A stretch of DNA of 64,000 bases from an uncultured candidatus Porisulfidus sp. (lineage in GTDB: Bacteria; Pseudomonadota; Gammaproteobacteria; Poriferisulfidales; Poriferisulfidaceae), in contig OZ220480.1 in NCBI GenBank assembly GCA_965116025.1, positions 1,951,447-2,015,446 on the forward strand, read 5' to 3'. The translations under genes and the position numbers were made by a program. Position 1 is the stretch's first letter. Every line of letters begins with the position of its first letter. Shown here one piece after another: positions 39,233 to 47,780 of the stretch. Below the pieces are notes generated by a model, which did not search any database, was not told the DNA's origin, and saw only the letters and a program-made list of their open reading frames with translations.

Positions 39233-40324
39233 CTACAGCAAGTCGCGTTGCGCCGGCTCTTCCGCATCGGAATGCGAGACCAGATTCGAGACCGTCACTC
39301 CGAGCAGCCGGACCGCTTGACCTGGCCTCGTGGCGCGACGCAACAAATCCGGCAGAACGTTCGCCATCTGCCGATACGACGCCAAAGGCCTGGCGAACGA
39401 GTGGCTTCTGGTCACTTGCGTGAAATCGCTGAATTTTACCTTGACCGTGACCGTCTTCCCGGTCAGCCGCCTCTCCTGCAAGTCCAGCGCCACCTCACGC
39501 GCTCGCAACCTGAGCGCGCGCGACATTTCTTCCAGATCCCGCAGATCCCGCTCAAACGTCGTCTCCGAACCCAGCGATTTTCGGGGACGGTCTGGCTCCA
39601 CCTCGCGGAAATCCATTCCCCTCGCCGCCTGATAATAGTATTCGGCATGCTTCCCGAACAGTGGCTGAAGTCGCTCCAGCGACCACTTTCTGAGGTCGGC
39701 ACCAGTCTCGATCCCGAGTTTCTTCATTCGCGCCGCCGTGACCGGTCCGATCCCAAAGAACTTTCGGATTGGCAGACGCGACGCCAGTTTCGGGCCCTCT
39801 TCTGGACGCACGACGGTCAGGCCATCGGGCTTGTTCATGTCCGAGGCGACCTTGGCGAGAAACTTGTTGTACGAGACTCCCGCCGAACCGGTCAGCCGGG
39901 TTCGTTCCAGGATGCGGCGCTTGACGTCTCGCGCGATATCCGTCGCTATGCCGCCGAACAGGCGGCAACCCGTCACGTCCAGATATGCCTCATCCAAGGA
40001 AAGGGGCTCGACCTTGTATGTGTAGCGACGAAAAATTTCCTGGATTTCCGCGGATACGCTCCGATACAGGTCAAATCGCGGCCGTAAGAAAACGACTTCC
40101 GGGCATCGTTTCTTGGCCGTTCGACTCGCCATCGCCGAATGAATGCCATACGCCCGAGCCTCGTAGTTGCATGTCGCCACCGTGCCGCGGCATTCCGGGT
40201 CGCCGCCAACGACCAAGGGGTGGCCACGTAGCGAGGGGTCTTCCCGCGTCTCGACAGCCGCGTAGAACGCGTCCATATCGATATGGATGATTCGGCGCGC
40301 GTGGGGATCGCTCGCGGAAGCCAT
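39233..40324 (-). CDS. dinB: DNA polymerase IV (Y-family, error-prone)
   Basis: IIHIDMDAFYAAVE…, …SLDEAYLDVT… and little-finger domain. 363 aa. Confidence 0.9.
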   Translation of the reverse strand: MASASDPHARRIIHIDMDAFYAAVETREDPSLRGHPLVVGGDPECRGTVATCNYEARAYGIHSAMASRTAKKRCPEVVFLRPRFDLYRSVSAEIQEIFRRYTYKVEPLSLDEAYLDVTGCRLFGGIATDIARDVKRRILERTRLTGSAGVSYNKFLAKVASDMNKPDGLTVVRPEEGPKLASRLPIRKFFGIGPVTAARMKKLGIETGADLRKWSLERLQPLFGKHAEYYYQAARGMDFREVEPDRPRKSLGSETTFERDLRDLEEMSRALRLRAREVALDLQERRLTGKTVTVKVKFSDFTQVTRSHSFARPLASYRQMANVLPDLLRRATRPGQAVRLLGVTVSNLVSHSDAEEPAQRDLL

Positions 40325-40345
40325 GACTCTCGCGCCAAACGAGAT

Positions 40346-41044
40346 TCACCCGGAAGAAAACCGGGCCCGCAGCGCTTCCCGGTCGAACCACCAGTCCGAC
40401 GTGACCGCGTCGAGGACGCGCGCCATGCGCTCCAGCAACACGTCCACGTCGTCCAATTCGTGCATCCGCACCCAAATCCCGATCTCCTCCTCGCTGGTAA
40501 TGCCCCGATGTCGCTTCGCCACTTCCGCCACTTGCTGCCGGGCTAGAAAGACCAACCGGTCGCGTTCCGCCCCAGCCGCTCGTTTATCCATCAGAAAATA
40601 CGCCAGCATCGCGACCACGGCCGCGCCATCCGACTGCGCTGGCGTCTCCTCCACCAAATGACGCGACATCCGCCAGGTCAGCTCTGGATCCACCGGACAG
40701 GCTAGCGCGAGCCAGAGGCCATGCCCCAAGGCCTGCGTGGATTCCGGACGTTCGCTCAGAAACATGATTTCACAGGCCGAGACCGCCGCCCCATAGCGTT
40801 CCAGCCGAACGCCTTCATCAAGACTTTCCCGGGCCATCCGGAACGCCGCCTCGAACTCGCCGAGATCCAGCGAGACTCGGGCGAGATCCAAGCGCGCGTC
40901 AAGCCGCTCCGACGCCTTGAGATCTGGCCGGCGCAACTCTTGCCCCAGCGTCAGCCGGCGTTGTTGCAGCGTCGCCTGCCCGGCTTCCGCGGCCGCGTCG
41001 ATCAGGCGGTCGCGCAACCGGCGAGTCTGCCCGGATTCGCTCAT
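40346..41044 (-). CDS. Hypothetical protein, co-oriented immediately upstream of dinB
   Basis: 232-aa ORF with protein-like composition and no recognisable family. A 21-nt gap to dinB suggests a two-gene operon. Confidence 0.5.
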   Translation of the reverse strand: MSESGQTRRLRDRLIDAAAEAGQATLQQRRLTLGQELRRPDLKASERLDARLDLARVSLDLGEFEAAFRMARESLDEGVRLERYGAAVSACEIMFLSERPESTQALGHGLWLALACPVDPELTWRMSRHLVEETPAQSDGAAVVAMLAYFLMDKRAAGAERDRLVFLARQQVAEVAKRHRGITSEEEIGIWVRMHELDDVDVLLERMARVLDAVTSDWWFDREALRARFSSG

Positions 41045-41072
41045 GCGCTAATTGTACGCGGAGCTCCCCGAT

Positions 41073-41110
41073 CAAAAAAGAAACGCCCCCTCGAGAGGGG
41101 GCGTTTCTTG
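41073..41110 (-). terminator. Rho-independent terminator downstream of alkB
   Basis: Perfect GC-rich hairpin gaaacgccccctc/gagggggcgtttc followed on the minus strand by TTTTTT. Confidence 0.6.
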
Positions 41111-41130
41111 ACGAAATGAAGGATCGACGC

Positions 41131-42315
41131 TTATGCGTAACCCGCCACCTTGTTGATCGCCCTGGAGACTTCCAACTCGCCCTCGGAGGCATCGTTATCA
41201 TCCCACTTCTTCAGCTCCATCTCCATGAACTTGTGGAACACCGGGGGAACCAGCGCCAGCGCGAACAGGGTGAAGTATCCCATGCCCGTGTTCGGCGCCC
41301 CAACCTCGTCGAGCTCCCAGAAGTGCGTCTCGCCACGATCATGGTGGTCCGCCTGGCGGCCAATCTCGATGAAAAACCAACTGGTGAACGCCGTGCTGTT
41401 GTCCCAGCTGTGGCGATAGTCGATGGGTTGGCCCTTCTCCCGGATCAAGCCGTAGTGCTCCAGATAGTTGAGCGCCTCCAACTCGAAATTCGAGATCATC
41501 CAGATCAGCAACATGGCGCAGATGCCGAGCCAGCCGCCCGCGAGCCAGAACAAAAAGATCGTCGGCAAGCTCATCGCGTAGCCTCGGATCCAGCGGTTCT
41601 GCCAAGACAGGAACGGCACGCCCAGACGCTCCAAGCGATGCTTCTCCATCGTGTACAGGAACTTGCTCTGGCCAAAATAGGATTTCGGCAAGTGGGCGTA
41701 GATGCTGCGCCCGCGCGGCGAAGTCGCTGGATCATCCTCGCAACCGAGCTCCAGGTGATGGTTGTACACATGCGCGTAGCAGAAGTGCGACGACCCGGAC
41801 AGCGCCATCATCCAGCGAGCGATCACGAAGCTGAAGCCCTTGGTGTGCGCCAGCTCGTGCCCGTAGATGATGCCGATCCCGGCGAAAATGCCGGTCGAGA
41901 CGACCGCGCCAATCAGCTGCATCCCGGTGATTCCCTCCTGGTAACTCAGCCCCAGGAACGTGCCGGTTCCGATCGGAACGCCGGTCACGTACTGGTAGAT
42001 CCGCCAGCAAATGGCCAGCTGCAGCAAGACGAAGACGCCCAGCATGCTGTACATGACGCCGTTCTGAAGAGCGGGCACACCGTAGGTGTCTCCTTCCTCG
42101 TCAAATCCCGCGCCCATGGTGCGTTGCGGCGTAGTGGTGTCGACCAGAATGCCGATGCCCATCAGGGCGACGCCAACCCAGACCCACGGGCCACCCGCCA
42201 CCACCCCGAACAGCGCCGACAGAATCAGCAGCGGCGCGAGGAAGTAGCGCACATTGATAAACAGCTTCTTCACAATTCCTCCATATGTAGTAAATATCGA
42301 ATATCGTGGGGTCAC
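41131..42315 (-). CDS. alkB: Alkane 1-monooxygenase (integral-membrane di-iron hydroxylase, AlkB family)
   Basis: All four His boxes are present: HELAHTK, NHHLELG, NYLEHYGL, and GRQADHHDRG (LQRHSDHH-like). 394 aa with the expected TM segments. Confidence 0.85.
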   Translation of the reverse strand: MTPRYSIFTTYGGIVKKLFINVRYFLAPLLILSALFGVVAGGPWVWVGVALMGIGILVDTTTPQRTMGAGFDEEGDTYGVPALQNGVMYSMLGVFVLLQLAICWRIYQYVTGVPIGTGTFLGLSYQEGITGMQLIGAVVSTGIFAGIGIIYGHELAHTKGFSFVIARWMMALSGSSHFCYAHVYNHHLELGCEDDPATSPRGRSIYAHLPKSYFGQSKFLYTMEKHRLERLGVPFLSWQNRWIRGYAMSLPTIFLFWLAGGWLGICAMLLIWMISNFELEALNYLEHYGLIREKGQPIDYRHSWDNSTAFTSWFFIEIGRQADHHDRGETHFWELDEVGAPNTGMGYFTLFALALVPPVFHKFMEMELKKWDDNDASEGELEVSRAINKVAGYA

Positions 42316-42381
42316 GATCTCTTGGCGGTAAATCTACCATAAACGCCACAGCGTCAAACTTGGAACGCCGCGACTAATCCA

Positions 42382-42396
42382 GTACAATAGTTGTAC
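42382..42396. promoter_or_regulatory. Inverted repeat GTACAA-TAG-TTGTAC in the alkB / merR-like divergent promoter region (candidate operator)
   Basis: Perfect 6-3-6 palindrome read directly, 38 bp upstream of the regulator start. TTGGAA -35-like element lies just upstream. Confidence 0.3.
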
Positions 42397-42433
42397 AAAA
42401 CGCCACGTTTTCCCGAATTTCTCTATACAAAAG

Positions 42434-43426
42434 GTGGATAGCCGAGCGATGCCCGATTCTCCTCTTCATCCTATTCAGGTCGCCGCGCGCCGCTCGGGGC
42501 TAAGCGCTGAGAGAATCCGCGCTTGGGAGCGACGCTACCGGGCGGTCACGCCGGCGCGCGCGGGAAACCAACGCCGATTGTACCGGGATGAGGAGATCGA
42601 GCGCCTGCGCCTGCTGGCGCGCGCCATTCAAGCGGGACGACGCATCGGGGATATCGCGCGATTGCCGTCCACCGAGATTCAAGCCATGGTGGAGGGAGAC
42701 GAGCGGGATATCGGTCCGCCGCCCGTCCTGATATCCTCGCGACCCCGCACCGATGCCGTCATGGAATACTTCGACCGATGCCTTGAGGCGGTCGACGCTA
42801 TGGATCCGGAACGGCTCGCCAAGGCCTTGAATGACGCGGAAGAGAATCTCGCCGAGCTGTTCGCGCAGGAAGATCTGATCGCGCCGCTGATCCAGCACAT
42901 GCGGGAGGAGTGCCGCGGCGGGACTCTGCGCGCTGCGCAAAAGCGAATGGCGGAAAACGTGATTCGCGGACATCTTCTGAGCTACGCCACGCGCTTAGGA
43001 GCGAGTTCCACCTTTCGCGTGGTCGTGGCGGGGCGGCAGCCCGGCATGGACGACCTTCCACTGTTGCGCCTCGCCGTCGCGGTTCGGGCCTACGGCTGGC
43101 AACCGATTTTCCTAGGCGCCGGACTGCCCTCCGACGAAATCGCCTACGCCGCCAAGCGCGGCCAAGCCCTGTGCACGGCCATCGCCGCCCACCCGGTCGA
43201 CGACGCCTTGCTGCCCAACGAGTTGCGCAAACTTCGCGGCGCCCTCCCCGAAAGCCATCCTCTCTTCCTGCACGGTCCTAACCTAAGTCTGTTCAAGGCG
43301 GTCCTCGACGAGACCCAGATCATTCCAATACGTACGTTCGGAGAATTGCGGCTCGCCCTGAACCGGATGCGGCTGGCCGCCCAAGACGGCGCCAAGTTCG
43401 CTGATCGACCTTCCTCTATAGAATAG
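42434..43426 (+). CDS. MerR-family transcriptional regulator with C-terminal B12-binding-like domain (CarH/LitR-like)
   Basis: N-terminal MerR HTH ([22 protein letters not shown]). C-terminal Rossmann-like B12-binding fold ([37 protein letters not shown]) lacks the canonical ExHxxG His. Confidence 0.65.
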   Translation: MDSRAMPDSPLHPIQVAARRSGLSAERIRAWERRYRAVTPARAGNQRRLYRDEEIERLRLLARAIQAGRRIGDIARLPSTEIQAMVEGDERDIGPPPVLISSRPRTDAVMEYFDRCLEAVDAMDPERLAKALNDAEENLAELFAQEDLIAPLIQHMREECRGGTLRAAQKRMAENVIRGHLLSYATRLGASSTFRVVVAGRQPGMDDLPLLRLAVAVRAYGWQPIFLGAGLPSDEIAYAAKRGQALCTAIAAHPVDDALLPNELRKLRGALPESHPLFLHGPNLSLFKAVLDETQIIPIRTFGELRLALNRMRLAAQDGAKFADRPSSIE

Positions 43427-43458
43427 TCAGGCGCGCTCGCCATTCGCCATTCGATACC

Positions 43459-43974
43459 ATGAACTCTCCCCACAGCTTTTCCTACGAGGAACTCCTCCGT
43501 TGCGCCCGTGGCGAGATGTTCGGCGAAGGGAACGCGCAGCTACCCAGCCCGAACATGCTGATGCTGGACCGCGTCACGCACATCAGCGAGCAAGGCGGAA
43601 CGTACGGGAAAGGCGAACTCATGGCCGAGCTCGACATTCGCCCGGACCTCTGGTTCTTCCAATGTCACTTCCCCGGAGACCCGGTAATGCCCGGTTGCCT
43701 AGGCTTGGACGCCCTGTGGCAGCTGCTCGGATTTTTCTTGGGGTGGCGGGGCCATCCTGGGCGAGGCCGCGCCCTAGGAGTCGGCCGAGTCAAGTTCTCC
43801 GGCCAAGTGACCCCCGAGAACCACGTCGTTCGCTACCACATCCATCTCAAGCGCCTGGTCACCCGATCGCTGGTGATGGGTATCGCCGATGGTCTGGTGC
43901 AGGTCGACGGACGCGACATCTACGCCGCGAAAGATCTTCGGGTTGGACTCTTCACCACGCTGGAGCAATTCTGA
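43459..43974 (+). CDS. fabA: 3-hydroxydecanoyl-ACP dehydratase/isomerase
   Basis: Active-site region [24 protein letters not shown] is diagnostic of FabA. 171 aa. Confidence 0.9.
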   Translation: MNSPHSFSYEELLRCARGEMFGEGNAQLPSPNMLMLDRVTHISEQGGTYGKGELMAELDIRPDLWFFQCHFPGDPVMPGCLGLDALWQLLGFFLGWRGHPGRGRALGVGRVKFSGQVTPENHVVRYHIHLKRLVTRSLVMGIADGLVQVDGRDIYAAKDLRVGLFTTLEQF

Positions 43975-43975
43975 C

Positions 43976-44851
43976 ATGCCCGCCTCGCTGGCTGGCCACG
44001 AAATCGTGACCGTTTCCCGGCCTTTCATGGCCCGCCCGATACGACCGCGGCCTGACTGCGCGCACACCACGGCCTACCAGTTCCTGGATATCGAGGAAGA
44101 CGAGGCCCTGCGCCAAAGCCTGCTCGCGAACTGCAAGCGCCTACGATTGAGCGGTAACGTCACCTTGGCTACCGAAGGCATCAACCTGAGCCTGGCAGGA
44201 TCAAGAGACGCCGTGAGCCAAATCGAGAGATTTCTGCGGGAGGAAAGTCCTTTCCAGGATCTTCGGTTCCGTCGCAGCTATGCGTCCAAGGCCCCTTTCT
44301 CCCGGCTGATCGTCCGCTTCCGGCCATCCCTTCTGCCGATTCGCGCGGAGATGCCCGTCGCGAGCCGCAATCCAGGCGCCCATCTCCCGCCGGAACGCCT
44401 GCGCCAATGGCTTGACGAGGACCGTCCGATCCGGCTTCTGGACGCGCGCAACGACTACGAGACGCGGCTGGGCCGCTTCGCCACCGCCGAAGCCCTGCCC
44501 TTGCGGCAATTTCGCGATTTCCCGGAACGCGCGCGCGCGCTGGTTCCCGACGAGCGCCCGCTCGTGACCTACTGCACGGGCGGCATTCGCTGCGAATTGG
44601 CCAGCGCCTGGTTGCGCGAGCGGGGCCACTCGGAAGTCTGGCAACTGTCCGGCGGCATTCTCCACTACCTCGAGCGATGCGGAAACCGCCACTGGAGAGG
44701 AGAGTGTTTCGTGTTCGACGACCGCTTGGCCGTGGACGCCGATCTGTGCGCGACCTACCCCCGACTTTGCCGCGACTGCCAGAGACCCATTGAGGAGGCG
44801 AGACTCGGACGATGCGAGAACTGCGGAGACGCCCGGCTTGACGCTGACTGA
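43976..44851 (+). CDS. trhO: Rhodanese-domain tRNA U34 hydroxylase TrhO (YceA/UPF0176)
   Basis: Rhodanese active-site loop CTGGIRCE. Start at the ATG 1 nt after the fabA stop. The longer track ORF from 43889 was rejected. Confidence 0.75.
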   Translation: MPASLAGHEIVTVSRPFMARPIRPRPDCAHTTAYQFLDIEEDEALRQSLLANCKRLRLSGNVTLATEGINLSLAGSRDAVSQIERFLREESPFQDLRFRRSYASKAPFSRLIVRFRPSLLPIRAEMPVASRNPGAHLPPERLRQWLDEDRPIRLLDARNDYETRLGRFATAEALPLRQFRDFPERARALVPDERPLVTYCTGGIRCELASAWLRERGHSEVWQLSGGILHYLERCGNRHWRGECFVFDDRLAVDADLCATYPRLCRDCQRPIEEARLGRCENCGDARLDAD

Positions 44852-45626
44852 CATCTGCTGCAATCTGACTCACGAATCGTTCGCTGGCGATCAGGAAGCG
44901 ACGCTTCAACGAGCCCGTCAAGCCGGAGTGACCCGGTTCCTTCTGGCCGGCGCGGACCTTGCCGAGAGTCGAGAATGCGTCGCGCTCGCGCGTCGCCACC
45001 CGGATTGCTGGGCGACGGTCGGGGTGCACCCGCACCAAGCGCGGGAGTGGAACCCCGACGACGCGGAGGTCCTGCGCGAATTCCAGCGAGACCCGAAAGT
45101 CATCGCCATCGGCGAATGCGGTCTGGATTACCATCGGAACCTGTCACCCCGCGAGGCGCAACGAACCGCGTTCGCGAAGCAGCTGGAACTGGCGGGAGAG
45201 CTGGGCCTGCCCGCGCTCATGCACAATCGAGACGCGGATGAGGATTTCTTGCGTGTCTACGACCGCGCGGACCCGCGCCCGCCGCGCGCCGTCCTGCATT
45301 GCTTCACTGGAGACCGGCGCTTGCTGCATGCCTGTCTCGAGCGCGACATCCACATCGGCATCACCGGTTGGTTCTGCGACGAGCGCCGAGGACAGTCGCT
45401 AAGGGATTTGATCGACGAGATCCCGCCGGACCGGCTGATGATCGAGACGGACGCGCCTTATCTGCTGCCGCGCACGCTTCGTCCACGCCCCCGAACCCGC
45501 CGCAACGAACCGATGTGGTTGCCCCATATCGCCGAGAGAATCGCCACGGCGCGCGGCGCCAGCCTGCAAGAATTCGCCCACCAGACCCAAGCGTGCGCGC
45601 GGGCGTTCTTCGTGTTTCCCGATTAG
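44838..45626 (+). CDS. tatD: TatD-family metal-dependent hydrolase/DNase
   Basis: TatD motifs (…LTDICCNLTHESF…, …AIGECGLDY…, …LMIETDAPYL…). Start inferred at the in-frame TTG at 44838 (gives MTLTDICCNL). The alternative ATG at 44790 overlaps trhO. Confidence 0.75.
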   Translation: MTLTDICCNLTHESFAGDQEATLQRARQAGVTRFLLAGADLAESRECVALARRHPDCWATVGVHPHQAREWNPDDAEVLREFQRDPKVIAIGECGLDYHRNLSPREAQRTAFAKQLELAGELGLPALMHNRDADEDFLRVYDRADPRPPRAVLHCFTGDRRLLHACLERDIHIGITGWFCDERRGQSLRDLIDEIPPDRLMIETDAPYLLPRTLRPRPRTRRNEPMWLPHIAERIATARGASLQEFAHQTQACARAFFVFPD

Positions 45627-45872
45627 CCCGCGAGCGTTCGGGCATTCCGGCGATACGTCACGCCAGATAGAGGGTCGCGGGAAAATATCGTGAACGCTCC
45701 GATATCAACGATCAAGAGAACGCGCCCCTGAATCCCCTCTTCAGAGACAGGCGAACCGCATCTGACCGAAAACAGTCCGGATACGAAGACTCTGGATAAC
45801 GGGAAAGCTCGCCGCGACGCAAAGTCGAGCGGCGCGTCACGCATCCTATTGGAGCCCCATGTTGATTTCGGG

Positions 45873-46556
45873 CTAGACCTCAGCCCAACGGCGCACGAGG
45901 TTGTTGTACACTCCGGTCAGGCGAACCAGATCCGGGTCAGTTTGATCGCGACCCTTGGAAAGAGACTGAATCGATTGATCCAAATGGTAGAGCATGGCGC
46001 GCTCCCCCGCGTCTTGGACCATGCTCTGGATCCAGAAAAACGAGCAGGTCCGAACGCCTTTCGTGATCGGTAATACCTGATGCAGACTGCTCGACGGGTA
46101 AAGCACCATGTCGCCCGCTGGGAGCTTCACCCGTTGCGCGCCAAAATCACCTTCGATCATCAGTTCCCCACCTTCGTACTCGTCAGGCCCGCATAAAAAC
46201 AACGTGGCTGACAAATCGGAGCGCACGACCACGTTCGCGCCTTCGACCGACATCACGGCGCCATCCACATGAACGCCATAACGCTCTCCTCCAGAATAGC
46301 GATTGAATTTCGGCGGATAGATCTTGTTCGGAAGGGCGGCGGACACGAACTGGGGATGGTTTCCCAAAACCCGAAGAATATGATTTCCCAGCGAGGTCGC
46401 GACCGGGGACCGCTCCTCCAATTGCCGGTTGTTCTTCACCGTGGCTGAAAGCGACCCCGCGGTAGATCGGCCGCTGACCCAATCGGCGCGATCCAAATGC
46501 TTCCGGAATTGCCGGACCTCGTCCTTCGATAAAACGCTTCCGATGGTCAATAACAT
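45873..46556 (-). CDS. Fe(II)/2-oxoglutarate-dependent PKHD-type hydroxylase (PiuC/YbiX family)
   Basis: MLLTIGSVLSKDEV… N-terminus and HxD…H facial-triad pattern. Commonly paired with TonB-dependent receptors. Confidence 0.75.
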   Translation of the reverse strand: MLLTIGSVLSKDEVRQFRKHLDRADWVSGRSTAGSLSATVKNNRQLEERSPVATSLGNHILRVLGNHPQFVSAALPNKIYPPKFNRYSGGERYGVHVDGAVMSVEGANVVVRSDLSATLFLCGPDEYEGGELMIEGDFGAQRVKLPAGDMVLYPSSSLHQVLPITKGVRTCSFFWIQSMVQDAGERAMLYHLDQSIQSLSKGRDQTDPDLVRLTGVYNNLVRRWAEV

Positions 46557-46573
46557 CGCCGCTAGTCCTTCCC

Positions 46574-47776
46574 TCAAAGCGTCCAGAGCGTCTCTCTAGC
46601 GAAAAGACAACCGGCGTTAATGTCGCGCAAGCCGGAACAGCCCGCCAAGGCCATCGCCAGTTCCAGCTCGTCCCGCATCATTTTCAGCATGTGCGCCACT
46701 CCAAGGCTGCCCGCCACGGCCAAAGCGTAGATCTGCAAGCGACCGACCATCACCGCGTTCGCCCCCATCGCGATCGCCTTGAAAACGTCATAGCCGGAGC
46801 GAATGCCGCCATCAAGCAGCAATGGGTAACCTTTCCCGACCGCGCGACGAATCGTAGGCAGACAATGAACGCTCGCGGGCATGCCATCCAGGGCCCTGCC
46901 CCCATGATTGGAAACCACGATGGACTGAACGCCCATCTCCACCAAGCGCTTGGCGTCTTGGGGGTGCGATACGCCTTTCGCTACGATAGGCAAGGAAGTC
47001 CGTCGCCGTAACCACGCGAGGTCGTCCCAGGTCGGAGCCGACCTCATCACGCCCTGGAAGATCACGCTCGCTTCTGGATCAAGAGAAATTTTCGGTCCGG
47101 GAGGCAAGCTATCGAGATTAACTGGACGAACGTGATCCGGCATGGCGAATCCCTTCCTTAAAGCGCGGTAGCTTGGGGCTTGGGCCGGCGCGTCCAAGGT
47201 GACCACTACCGCCTGATAGCCCGCCTTTTCCGCTCGCTCAAGTAACGTTCGCGTAGCGGCGCGGTTATGCTGGAAATAGAGTTGGAACCATTTCGGCGCG
47301 GTCGTTCGATTGGCGATCTCCTCAAGGGGTTTCGAAGCCATGGAGCTCGCGACCAGACCGGTCCGCTGGGCATGGGCGGCCGTGGCCGTGGCCAGTTCGC
47401 CCTCGGCATGAACCAGAGTCTGGAATCCTATCGGGGCCAGCAGAATGGGATGGTGGAAAGACTGTCCCAGCAAAGTGGAGCATGTCGACGCGCCCTCGGG
47501 GCGCCAGAGAACGCGGCTGTGAATCTCGATCTCGGCCAGCGCTCGAGCGTTGGCCTGCAAGGTTCGCTCCGCGCCGCTCCCTCCCGCGACATGAGCGAAG
47601 GCGGACTCTTCCATGAACTCTGGAGCCAGTCGCTCGTAATCGGCTGGAGACGCCAAATCGCTCGCGAGGGTCGTCAGCGGCGCGCGCTTGGACCCGCGAG
47701 AGTTCGACCTTGTCCGCGGCGAGCGCGCGGGGAGAGCTCCGCGCCCCGCTTCGCTCCGACTCTCGGCTTCCCTCAT
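46574..47776 (-). CDS. FMN-dependent alpha-hydroxy-acid oxidase/dehydrogenase (LldD / glycolate-oxidase family)
   Basis: …SNHGGRALDG…, …DGGIRSGYDVFKA… motifs. The true start is probably the in-frame TTG at 47665 (MASPADYERLAPEF…). The track ORF start at 47776 adds a non-conserved extension. Confidence 0.75.
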   Translation of the reverse strand: MREAESRSEAGRGALPARSPRTRSNSRGSKRAPLTTLASDLASPADYERLAPEFMEESAFAHVAGGSGAERTLQANARALAEIEIHSRVLWRPEGASTCSTLLGQSFHHPILLAPIGFQTLVHAEGELATATAAHAQRTGLVASSMASKPLEEIANRTTAPKWFQLYFQHNRAATRTLLERAEKAGYQAVVVTLDAPAQAPSYRALRKGFAMPDHVRPVNLDSLPPGPKISLDPEASVIFQGVMRSAPTWDDLAWLRRRTSLPIVAKGVSHPQDAKRLVEMGVQSIVVSNHGGRALDGMPASVHCLPTIRRAVGKGYPLLLDGGIRSGYDVFKAIAMGANAVMVGRLQIYALAVAGSLGVAHMLKMMRDELELAMALAGCSGLRDINAGCLFARETLWTL

Positions 47777-47780
47777 CTCG

